Source of the DNA: Polyangiales bacterium
GTDB lineage: Bacteria; Myxococcota_A; Polyangia; Polyangiales; Polyangiaceae
Length of the DNA stretch: 64,000 nucleotides
Reading direction: 5' to 3'
NCBI GenBank assembly: GCA_038230375.1
Contig: JBBRNJ010000021.1
Span: 44,936-108,935 of the forward strand
The translations under genes and the position numbers were made by a program. Shown here piece by piece: positions 55,884 through 64,000 of the stretch (the first letter of the stretch is position 1; the number at the start of each line of letters is the position of its first letter). A model generated the notes under the pieces. It searched no databases, was not told the DNA's origin, and worked only from the letters and a program-made list of their open reading frames with translations.

Positions 55884-58800
55884 ATGCAATGGCTAGCCAA
55901 CATCTGCGTTCGCCGTCCGGTGTTCGCGTCCGTGCTCATTCTCGCCATCCTGGTGCTCGGGATCGTCGGGTATTCGCGGCTCGGCGTCGATCAGTTCCCC
56001 AACGTCGACATCCCGATCGTCGTCGTCACCACGCGTCTTGACGGCGCGTCGCCGGAAGAGGTCGAGCTCGATCTCACCGACAAGGTCGAGGGCGCGGTCA
56101 ACACCATCTCCGGCATCGACGAGCTCAGCTCCACCTCCAGCGAGGGCGTGTCCCAGGTCATCATCGCGTTCAAGCTGGAGAAGGATCTGGAGACCGCCGT
56201 CAACGACGTGCGCGACAAGATCAACCTGGTCACCCAGGATCTGCCGAAGGGCATCGACCCGCCGGTCGTCACCAAGATCGACCCCAGCGCGTCGCCCGTC
56301 CTCTTGATCGGCGTGCGTGGCAAGAACAAGAACCAGGACGTCCGCGACCTCACCGAGGCTGCCGACAAGAAGGTGCGTCGTCAGCTGGAGCGGATCAACG
56401 GCGTCGGCTCCGTGACGCTCATCGGCGGACGTGATCGTCAGATCAACATCCTGATGAACCCGCTCGCGCTGCGCGCCGAGAACCTGACCTCCGTGGACGT
56501 CATGCGCGCGCTGCAGTCGCAGAACCTGATGACGCCAGGCGGCGCGCTGGAGACCGGACCGCGCAGCGTGAACCTCAAGATCGAGGGCCGCGTCACGTCC
56601 ATCGACGCCGTGGAGCGTGTCGTGATCCGCGCGCAGAACGGCCGCATTCTCCGCATCGGCGACGTCGCGAAGGTGGTCGACGGCCAGAAGGACATCGAGA
56701 GCCTCGCTCGCTTCGAAGGGCAGGACGTCGTGGTCCTGTCCGTGGTCAAGCAGGGCGGCACCAACACGATCGAGGTCGTGGACGCCATCAACAAGCGCCT
56801 CGACGCGATCCGCGCGTCACTGCCGCCGGAGATGGAGCTCGTCATGGTCCGCGACAACTCGCAGACCATCCGCACCAGCGTCCATGCCGTCACGGAGCAC
56901 CTCATCGCGGGCTCCGTGCTCGCCGCGCTGGTCGTGCTCCTGTTCCTGGCGAACGTGCGCAGCACCATCATCGCCGCTGTCGCGATCCCCGTCTCCGTCA
57001 TTGGCACGTTCGGCTTGATGTACGTGCAGGGCTACACGCTCAACGTCATCACGCTGCTCGCGCTGGCGCTCGCCGTGGGTATCGTCATCGACGACGCGAT
57101 CGTCGTGCTGGAGAACATCGTCCGCTTCGTGGACGAGAAGGGCATGAAGCCATTCCCAGCTTCCATCCTGGCGACCAAGGAAATAGGCCTGGCCGTCATG
57201 TCGACGACGCTGTCACTCATGGCCGTGTTCATCCCCGTCGCGTTCATCGGCGGCATTCCGGGGCGCTTCTTGAAGAGCTTCGGCTACACCATGGCGTTCG
57301 CCGTTGGCGTATCGCTCATCGTCAGCTTCTCGCTCACGCCCATGATGTCTGCGCGGCTTTTGCGCGCCCACCAGGCGTCGTTCCTCACGCGCGCAGTGGA
57401 TGCATTCTACAAGCCCGTCGAGCGCGTCTACATGGCCATGCTCGGCTTCTCGCTCAAGCGGCGCTGGGTGGTCATCGCGCTGTGCGCGCTCACGCTCGGC
57501 TCGTGCATGCCGCTGGCCAAGTCGCTCCCCGCAGGCTTCTTGCCCGAGGACGACAAGGCGAAGTTCCAGATGACCATCCGCGCGGAGGAAGGCACCAGCT
57601 CCGAGGAGTCGCTCCTCATCGCAGAGCGCGCCGCCGTCGACCTGCGCAAGCTCCCGGGCATTGCGCACATCCTCATCACCGTCGCCGAGGACGCGCAGAA
57701 GTCCCGAAACTACGCGCAGGTCTACGTGGACATGGTGGACCCCGACAAGCGACAGATCACGCAGTTCCAGGCCATGGATATGGCGCGCAGGGAGATCGTC
57801 CCGAAGCTTCCTCCCGGCATGCGCGTCACCGTGGCAGAGGTCCCCGACTTCTCCGTTGGCTCGAACCTTCAGAACATCCAGATCGTCATGAGCGGCTCGG
57901 ACTTCGGGCTGCTAGAGAAGTACGCGAACGAGATCACGAAGGGCCTGAAGGACTCCAAGCTCGCCGTGGACGTGGACACCACGAACCTTCCGGGCCGCCC
58001 AGAGGTGAAGGTATCCATCGATCGCGATCGCGCTGCAGACCTGGGGGTCAGCGTGCAGGACGTCGCGAACACGCTGCAGATGCTGGTCGCCGGCGTGAAG
58101 GCCTCGACGTACCCAGAGGGCGGCGAGGAGTACGACATTCGCATCCGCGCGCAGCAGGAGTTTCGCGTCGACTCGTCCTCGCTCAGCCTCATGAACGTGC
58201 CGTCCAGCAAGCACGGCAACGTGCCGCTCGCGAGCGTTGTGAAGTGGAAGGACGGCAGCGCGCCCTCACGCATCAACCGCTACGGCCGCGAGCGACAGAT
58301 CACGCTCCTTGCGAACGCCGCCCCGGGCGTGGGCGACAACATCGTCACCGACTACATCCAGAACAAGTTCAAGGAGCAGAACCCGCCGGCGAGTTACCGC
58401 CTGCAGCTCACGGGACGCGCCAAATCGCAGGCTGAAACGGGCAAGGGCTTCCTGCTCGCCCTCGGCATGGCGTTCGTCTTCATGTACCTGATCCTGGCCG
58501 CCCAGTTCGAGTCGTGGCTCTACCCGGTGATCATCCTGGTGTCGCTGCCGCTCACGGTGCCGTTCGCGTTCATGGCGCTGAAGCTCTTCGGCCAGACCTT
58601 GAACATGTTCTCCATGCTCGGCCTGCTGGTGCTCTTCGGCGTCGTGAAGAAGAACAGCATCTTGCAGGTGGACCATGCGAACCACCTCAGACGAATGGGG
58701 CAGGGCAGGCTCGAGTCCCTCATGAACGCGAACAGGGATCGCCTCAGACCGATCCTCATGACGACCATCGCGTTCGTCGCCGGCATGCTTCCGCTCATCG

Positions 58801-59057
58801 TATCCAAGGGCATCGGCTCTGGCTTCAACCGCGCGACTGCCAGCATCGTCATCGGTGGCCAGACGCTCTCGCTCCTCCTCACGCTCCTTGCGGTGCCCGT
58901 CTTCCACAGCCTGGTGGACAGCGCGCAAGATCTCCTCGCAAAGGTGCGCGGCAGGCGCACGGTGCTCGACCTGGGCGAGAGCGATCTCGACGCGCTCATC
59001 GCCGACGAGACGAAGAAGGCACACGACGCGGGGCACGTACCGCAGCCGGCGGAGTGA
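55884..59057 (+). CDS. RND efflux permease (AcrB/MdtB family)
   Basis: RRPVFA, GIVIDDAIVVLENI, KKNSIL, RLRPILMTT. Confidence 0.97.
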   Translation: MQWLANICVRRPVFASVLILAILVLGIVGYSRLGVDQFPNVDIPIVVVTTRLDGASPEEVELDLTDKVEGAVNTISGIDELSSTSSEGVSQVIIAFKLEKDLETAVNDVRDKINLVTQDLPKGIDPPVVTKIDPSASPVLLIGVRGKNKNQDVRDLTEAADKKVRRQLERINGVGSVTLIGGRDRQINILMNPLALRAENLTSVDVMRALQSQNLMTPGGALETGPRSVNLKIEGRVTSIDAVERVVIRAQNGRILRIGDVAKVVDGQKDIESLARFEGQDVVVLSVVKQGGTNTIEVVDAINKRLDAIRASLPPEMELVMVRDNSQTIRTSVHAVTEHLIAGSVLAALVVLLFLANVRSTIIAAVAIPVSVIGTFGLMYVQGYTLNVITLLALALAVGIVIDDAIVVLENIVRFVDEKGMKPFPASILATKEIGLAVMSTTLSLMAVFIPVAFIGGIPGRFLKSFGYTMAFAVGVSLIVSFSLTPMMSARLLRAHQASFLTRAVDAFYKPVERVYMAMLGFSLKRRWVVIALCALTLGSCMPLAKSLPAGFLPEDDKAKFQMTIRAEEGTSSEESLLIAERAAVDLRKLPGIAHILITVAEDAQKSRNYAQVYVDMVDPDKRQITQFQAMDMARREIVPKLPPGMRVTVAEVPDFSVGSNLQNIQIVMSGSDFGLLEKYANEITKGLKDSKLAVDVDTTNLPGRPEVKVSIDRDRAADLGVSVQDVANTLQMLVAGVKASTYPEGGEEYDIRIRAQQEFRVDSSSLSLMNVPSSKHGNVPLASVVKWKDGSAPSRINRYGRERQITLLANAAPGVGDNIVTDYIQNKFKEQNPPASYRLQLTGRAKSQAETGKGFLLALGMAFVFMYLILAAQFESWLYPVIILVSLPLTVPFAFMALKLFGQTLNMFSMLGLLVLFGVVKKNSILQVDHANHLRRMGQGRLESLMNANRDRLRPILMTTIAFVAGMLPLIVSKGIGSGFNRATASIVIGGQTLSLLLTLLAVPVFHSLVDSAQDLLAKVRGRRTVLDLGESDLDALIADETKKAHDAGHVPQPAE

Positions 59058-59060
59058 GCC

Positions 59061-59684
59061 ATGGCTGCCCGGACCTCCACCACCATCACACCCGCGAAGA
59101 AGACGGCCGCTCGCGGTGAGCCGATCGTCAAGGACGTGCTCGCCGCCACGCTCGAGGAGCTGGGGCGCGTGGGCTATCACGCTCTCCGCATCGACGACGT
59201 CGCCGCGCGCGCGAACGTCCACAAGACCACGATCTACCGGCGCTGGCCGGAGAAGGTGGACCTGGTGCGCGACACGCTGCTCAGCACGTTCGAGGACAGC
59301 TTCACGCCGCCGGACACCGGCTCGCTCCGCGGAGATCTGCTGGCGATCGCCCGGCAGGTGCTCGCGCTCTCCACCACCGGGTACGGGCAAGCGCTGATCC
59401 GGCTCGCGATGACCGAGCGAACCAACGGCGACCTCCGCAACATCGTCGACTCGCTTCGCAGCGCAAAAGAGGCCACGCGACGGCAGATCCTGGATCGTGC
59501 GCGCGCCCGCGGCGAGCTCCGCCCCGACGTGGACGGCGAGCTCCTGATGAGCACCATGGTCGGCTCCATCCACCACTCCATCTTCTCGATCGGTCGCGCC
59601 CCGCGGGAGCTCGCCCTCGAGCCGCTGGTCGATCTGTTGCTTCACGGCGCGCAGGTCCCTGCCGCGGTCTTCCAGAAGCAGTAG
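59061..59684 (+). CDS. TetR family transcriptional regulator
   Basis: GYHALRIDDVAARANVHKTTIYRRWPEK; PDTGSLRGDL. Confidence 0.95.
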   Translation: MAARTSTTITPAKKTAARGEPIVKDVLAATLEELGRVGYHALRIDDVAARANVHKTTIYRRWPEKVDLVRDTLLSTFEDSFTPPDTGSLRGDLLAIARQVLALSTTGYGQALIRLAMTERTNGDLRNIVDSLRSAKEATRRQILDRARARGELRPDVDGELLMSTMVGSIHHSIFSIGRAPRELALEPLVDLLLHGAQVPAAVFQKQ

Positions 59685-59732
59685 CGCAAGCGCGGTACCC
59701 GGGCTCGCGTCGGTCGTGTAGTCTTTGCCGCC

Positions 59733-60043
59733 ATGAGCGACGTCGAAGAGGTCCGCGGCAAGAAGGTGCTCCTCAAGTTCGAGGGCGGAAAGTGCATCCA
59801 CTCCCGTCAGTGCGTGCTGTCCCGGCCCGACGTGTTCGTGCCCAACGTGGACGGCGAGTGGATTCACCCGGACACCCGTCGCTCGACGGCCCGCTCCTTG
59901 TGGAGGGCAACGTGGAGATCGTGAGCGGCACTGGCCACACCGTGAACCGCGTGACGAAATGCGCGCTGTGTCGCTGTGGGCAGTCCGGCAACAAGCCTTA
60001 CTGCGACGGCACCCACAAGAAGGTCGGCTTCAAGAGCGAGTGA
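59733..60043 (+). pseudogene. Fer4_19/CDGSH iron-sulfur protein, frameshifted with apparent internal deletion
   Basis: KCIHSRQCV..PDVF..WIHPD in one frame and DGPL..LCRCGQSGNKPYCDGTH in another; junction near 59875. Confidence 0.75.
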
Positions 60044-60045
60044 CC

Positions 60046-60735
60046 ATGGAGACGCTGCTCTTCTACACGCCCGGAACCTGCGCGCTCGCGTGCATGATTG
60101 CGCTGGAGACGCTCGGTTCGCCGTACAGCGTCTGCCTGGTCACGAAGGAAGAGCGCGGTGGCGATCGCTACAAGCAGCTGAACCCGCGAGGACAGGTGCC
60201 CGCCATGCGGCTCGGCTCTCCGCCCGACAGTCGCATGCTTGCGGAGGTCAACGCGATCCTCGAGCACATCGCGGACAAGAAGCCCGAGGCGGAGCTCTTG
60301 CCTCGTCACGGCACGTGGGAGCGTGACGTGGCGAACCAGTGGCTCTCGTCGCTGGGGACGGGACTCCACCCCGCCTTCTGGCCGTTCTACAACCCGCAGC
60401 GCTACACCACCGACGAGGCCGCGCACGAGAGCGTGAAAGCAGCCGCTGTACTCTCGATACGCCGAGAGCTCGGTATCGTTGACCATCACCTGGAGAAGAA
60501 TGAGTACATGCTCGGTAAGAGCCTCTCCGCCCTCGACGGATACCTGTTCTCGATGGCGCGGTGGGGCGCGGACATGGTCGACACACCGAGCGAGTTCCCA
60601 AGCGTCTTTCGCCACCAGAAGATGATGACCGCGCACCCCATCGTACGACGCTGCACGGCCGTCGAGCGAGGCCGCGACCTACCCACGCCAAGCACCGCGC
60701 TCGTGGCACGGCTGGAGCTCGCGAAGCTCCCATGA
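60046..60735 (+). CDS. Glutathione S-transferase (beta-class-like)
   Basis: LFYTPGTCAL, LNPRGQVP, EVNAILEHIAD, SALDGYLF. Confidence 0.92.
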   Translation: METLLFYTPGTCALACMIALETLGSPYSVCLVTKEERGGDRYKQLNPRGQVPAMRLGSPPDSRMLAEVNAILEHIADKKPEAELLPRHGTWERDVANQWLSSLGTGLHPAFWPFYNPQRYTTDEAAHESVKAAAVLSIRRELGIVDHHLEKNEYMLGKSLSALDGYLFSMARWGADMVDTPSEFPSVFRHQKMMTAHPIVRRCTAVERGRDLPTPSTALVARLELAKLP

Positions 60736-60956
60736 ACAACGCCCCGCTCTCGTTCGTGCTCGTGCTCTTACCGCTGGCCCTGCTGGGTCTGGGTTGCCCG
60801 CCAGAGGGGAAGCGTGAGCCTGCAAAGACCGACACCGCTGCGTGCAGCAAGGTCGGTCAGACGTGCGAGTTCTCACCCGGCAAGCTTGGCACGTGCGTAC
60901 AGAAGGACGAGTGCCCGAGCGGGCAGACGTGCATGGTCTGCCAGTCGCAGCACTGA
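60732..60956 (+). CDS. Small Cys-rich lipoprotein
   Basis: Lipobox GLGC, then six Cys (CSKVGQTC..GKLGTC..C..C..CQSQH); ATGA overlap with the GST gene. Confidence 0.7.
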   Translation: MNNAPLSFVLVLLPLALLGLGCPPEGKREPAKTDTAACSKVGQTCEFSPGKLGTCVQKDECPSGQTCMVCQSQH

Positions 60957-60973
60957 GCGCGAAGCTTCCGTCC

Positions 60974-61579
60974 TCAGCCGAGGTGCGCGAGGAACTCGCC
61001 GTGTGGCATGGGCTTCGAGAACATCGGGAAGTCGAACTTGAGCGCGTTCTTGTGCTCTTCCGGTGACGTCGCTGCTGTGCAGTCGACCAGCGTGATCACG
61101 TCGAACCCGTGCTCGTACGCGGTGCGCATGGTGGACTCCACGCAGCAGTTCGTGAGGAAGCCGGCCAGCACCACGGTCTTGATGCCCTTGCTGCGCAGGA
61201 TGAAGTCGATGTTGGTGCTGGCAAACGTGTCGAGGCCGCGCTTGCCCTCGATGATGATGTCCCCATCGGCCGGCATGAGATCCGCCACGATCTCCGCGCC
61301 CCAGGTCCCCTTCACGAACGCCTTGTTGTCCACGACGCCCTTCAAGATTCCGTAGGGGTGCTTCGTGATCTCGTTGTAGCCAGGCGCGAACATGATCGGC
61401 GCGTGCATGATGGTCGCGCCCTTCTTGCGGCCCTCGGTCGCCACCGTGACGGCGTTGGCGAGCATCCCGTTCTCGTTCATGACCGCCTGCACCGCGGGGT
61501 GGAAGACTCCGCCCTTGGACGTGAAGTCGTTCTGGAACTCGATCAGCACGATGGCGGTGGTCTTCGGGTCGATGGTCAT
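60974..61579 (-). CDS. Isochorismatase-family cysteine hydrolase
   Basis: TAIVLIEFQNDF, GKRG, AGFLTNCCVESTMRTAYE. Confidence 0.93.
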   Translation of the reverse strand: MTIDPKTTAIVLIEFQNDFTSKGGVFHPAVQAVMNENGMLANAVTVATEGRKKGATIMHAPIMFAPGYNEITKHPYGILKGVVDNKAFVKGTWGAEIVADLMPADGDIIIEGKRGLDTFASTNIDFILRSKGIKTVVLAGFLTNCCVESTMRTAYEHGFDVITLVDCTAATSPEEHKNALKFDFPMFSKPMPHGEFLAHLG

Positions 61580-61642
61580 GAAACGGACTCCTGGTTCGGT
61601 CTTCGGGGCCCTGCGGCCACCGTCTGAACCTAACGCCTATCA

Positions 61643-61657
61643 GCTTGTCAGACAAGC
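61643..61657. promoter_or_regulatory. Palindromic FadR/GntR-type operator
   Basis: GCTTGTC-A-GACAAGC with perfect arms, between the divergent hydrolase and GntR genes. Confidence 0.75.
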
Positions 61658-61681
61658 GGTCAAGCTGCTACCGTCGAGAGA

Positions 61682-62488
61682 ATGAGTGGAGCGAAGAGGC
61701 CCGCGCCGAAGGCCGCCACGTTTTCCCTGCGGGTGGAGAGCCGGGCGCCTCTTTCCGTCGTGGTCTCGCGACAGCTGCGGGAGCAGATCGTCTCTGGCAT
61801 GGTGACGGACGGCACGGAACTGCCGAGTGAGAAGGAGCTCAGTCAAAAGCTGGGTGTCGGGCGGTCCACCGTGCGCGAGGCGCTGCGCATTCTCCAGGCG
61901 CAAGGGCTCCTCTCGGGCGGCGACACCGTGTCCACGCAGCGCCCGCGCGTGTCGTCCGAGCAGTCCATGGCCACCGCCGCAGACGTGATGGAAAACGTGT
62001 TGCGCCTTGGCCGCGTACCGCTGGATGACCTGGTGGAGCTGCGCCTTGTGATCGAAGGCGCCGCCGTGGTGCAAGCAGCGGCGCGCGCAGCGAACGCAAA
62101 GGAGGCGCTCGCGCAGGCTGGGGAGTCCGTTCTTGTGATGGAGGCTGCTTACGTGGACGTGGAGACGTTCCGCGCGGCAGACGTCGCATTCCACCAGGCC
62201 ATCGCAAAGGCAGCGGGTAACGCAGCCTATCCGCTGGTGATGGGCGTGCTGCGCGAGGCGATCTCGTCCCACCTGGGCGAGACGCTGCACAAGCAGAAGG
62301 ACACGGCGCGCAGCATGGCCACACTGGCCGCGGAGCACGCTGCCATCCTGGACGCCGTGACGTCTGGCCGCTCGAAGCGCGCGCGCGCGCTCATGGAGTC
62401 GCACATCCACGACTTCTACATGGCGCGCGATCGCCGGGAGCAGAAGACCAGGCGCGACCGCGGTCCGTCCGTGCCAGAGGAGACGTGA
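61682..62488 (+). CDS. GntR/FadR family regulator
   Basis: LPSEKELSQKLGVGRSTVREAL; FCD domain (ADVAFH..GN, EH..I, SHI). Confidence 0.95.
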   Translation: MSGAKRPAPKAATFSLRVESRAPLSVVVSRQLREQIVSGMVTDGTELPSEKELSQKLGVGRSTVREALRILQAQGLLSGGDTVSTQRPRVSSEQSMATAADVMENVLRLGRVPLDDLVELRLVIEGAAVVQAAARAANAKEALAQAGESVLVMEAAYVDVETFRAADVAFHQAIAKAAGNAAYPLVMGVLREAISSHLGETLHKQKDTARSMATLAAEHAAILDAVTSGRSKRARALMESHIHDFYMARDRREQKTRRDRGPSVPEET

Positions 62489-63849
62489 GCGCGCCGTGGC
62501 TCGCGGACCTGATGCGCGTACTCCCGGACGGAGCCACGCAGACGGACCCTGACGTCGTCTCGTCATTCGCACGTGATCAGGCGCCGCTCGCGCCCGCCGG
62601 CATCGCCGCCGCGCTGGTTCGCGCGAAGAGCGAGGCGGACGTGATCACCACGCTTCGCTTCGCGAACCCGCGAAAAATACCCGTCGTCACGCGCGGCGCA
62701 GGGACTGGCCTTGCGGGCGGCGCCAACGCCGTGGATGGATGCATCGTGCTCTCCGTGCTCGCGATGGATCGCATCATCCGGGTGGACGACGCCACGCGCA
62801 CTGCCGTGGTCGAGCCCGGCGTGCTCAACGCAGTGCTTGCACGAGAGGCGGCCACGCGCGGCCTCTACTACGCGCCTGATCCCGCGAGCCGTGAGATCTC
62901 CACGATCGGCGGCAACATCGCCACGAACGCAGGCGGCTCGTGCTGTCTCAAGTACGGCGTGACGGGGGACCACGTGGCAGCGCTGCGCGTGGTGCTGGCG
63001 GACGGCACGGTGGTGCGCACGGGCTCCGTCACCGCGAAGAACGTTGCGGGGCTCGACCTGACGCGGCTCCTCGTGGGGTCGGAGGGCACGCTCGGCGTCG
63101 TCACGGAGGCCACCGTGCGCCTGCGCCGTGCACCACGTCCGGCGTCCACGCTGGTCGCGTTCTTCTCGTCCGTCAACGACGCGGCAAACGCCATTGTGGA
63201 GATGGAGAAGGACCTCGACCTGTCACTGATCGAGGTGATGGATCGCACGACGCTCGTGGCTGTGGAGAAGATGACCCAGATGGGCCTCGACACGGAGGCA
63301 GCCGCGTTCGTATTGGTCCAGAGCGACGCACCCACCGCAGCCGCGATGATCGAACGCGCGACGGACATCTGTCGCCTTCACGCCGCCCGAGATGTCATGG
63401 CCTCCTCCGACCCCGAAGAGGGCAAGCAGCTCCTCACGGCCCGCCGCCTGGCGCTGCCAGCACTGGAGAAGCTGGGCGCCACACTGCTCGACGACGTGGC
63501 AGTCCCCAAGCCAGCGCTCCCCACCATGTTCGCGCGCATCGACGACATCGCAAGAAAGCACCAGCTCATCATCGGCACGTTCGGCCACGCAGGCGACGGC
63601 AACCTGCACCCCACCATCGTCTGGGCGCATGGCGATCCTCAGGCCGAAACCGCCGCAAGAGAGGCCTTCAACGACATCGTCCTGGCCGCCATGGAGCTAG
63701 GTGGGACCATCGCCGGAGAGCATGGCGTGGGCTCCCTCAAGCAGAGCTACATGAAGCAAATGGTCGGCGAAGCGGAGCGAGCGCTGATGCTGCGAATCAA
63801 GTTCGCCTTCGATCCCAACAACATCCTGAACCCGAACAAAGCCATCTAA
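62485..63849 (+). CDS. FAD-linked oxidase (GlcD/D-lactate dehydrogenase family)
   Basis: RGAGTGLAGG, PDPAS..STIGGNIATNAGG, GSEGTLG, GHAGDGNLHP, GEHGVG, FDPNNILNPNK. Confidence 0.95.
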   Translation: MSAPWLADLMRVLPDGATQTDPDVVSSFARDQAPLAPAGIAAALVRAKSEADVITTLRFANPRKIPVVTRGAGTGLAGGANAVDGCIVLSVLAMDRIIRVDDATRTAVVEPGVLNAVLAREAATRGLYYAPDPASREISTIGGNIATNAGGSCCLKYGVTGDHVAALRVVLADGTVVRTGSVTAKNVAGLDLTRLLVGSEGTLGVVTEATVRLRRAPRPASTLVAFFSSVNDAANAIVEMEKDLDLSLIEVMDRTTLVAVEKMTQMGLDTEAAAFVLVQSDAPTAAAMIERATDICRLHAARDVMASSDPEEGKQLLTARRLALPALEKLGATLLDDVAVPKPALPTMFARIDDIARKHQLIIGTFGHAGDGNLHPTIVWAHGDPQAETAAREAFNDIVLAAMELGGTIAGEHGVGSLKQSYMKQMVGEAERALMLRIKFAFDPNNILNPNKAI

Positions 63850-64000
63850 TTCTACTGCGGGGAAGTTGCGTCCCAGTTCTCAGTTTCGTTCGGGCTTGCG
63901 CGCGGCAGCGTGAAAAACGCGGCGGGGCCGCTGTCAGGGCCCCTGAAGCGAACGAGCGACGCTTGGCGTCTGTTGCTCGCTGCCGCCAGTGGTCCCCGGA

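Overview
High-GC bacterial DNA, most likely from a myxobacterium of the Polyangiaceae/Labilithrix type. This is inferred from an AgmX/PglI-C-terminal-domain lipoprotein, a MYXO-CTERM-like tail, many Ser/Gly-linker lipoproteins and an ECF-FecR module. Bases 1-19.7 kb hold a divergent sigma54 activator and a compact 22-gene flagellar basal-body/export cluster (flgBC fliEFGHIJ flgDE fliLMNOPQR flhBAF fliA flgF). The cluster has two sigma54 promoters and lacks fliK, motAB, flhG, flgG-L and flagellin within the window. The remainder is accessory DNA: a five-gene lipoprotein c-type cytochrome/COG4705 operon, two IS3 remnants, a MarR/MBL hydrolase pair, a lipoprotein serpin, an ECF sigma/FecR/outer-membrane module, a small island of paralogous lipoproteins, mmsA, an S1 protease, an RND pump with TetR, a GST and a FadR/GlcD-like pair. 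Two candidate undescribed systems stand out. (1) 25347-30469 is a translationally coupled gene pair that looks like a split bacterial large lipid transfer protein (MTP/vitellogenin/apoB-like). (2) 39741-42772 is an operon encoding a metallophosphoesterase-like domain fused to an ArsI/CadI-like domain, an arsenosugar-associated peroxidase-like protein and an ars-type flavoprotein, suggesting organoarsenical processing. All family calls are by-eye motif recognition; no database searches were run. No rRNA, tRNA or CRISPR array was seen.
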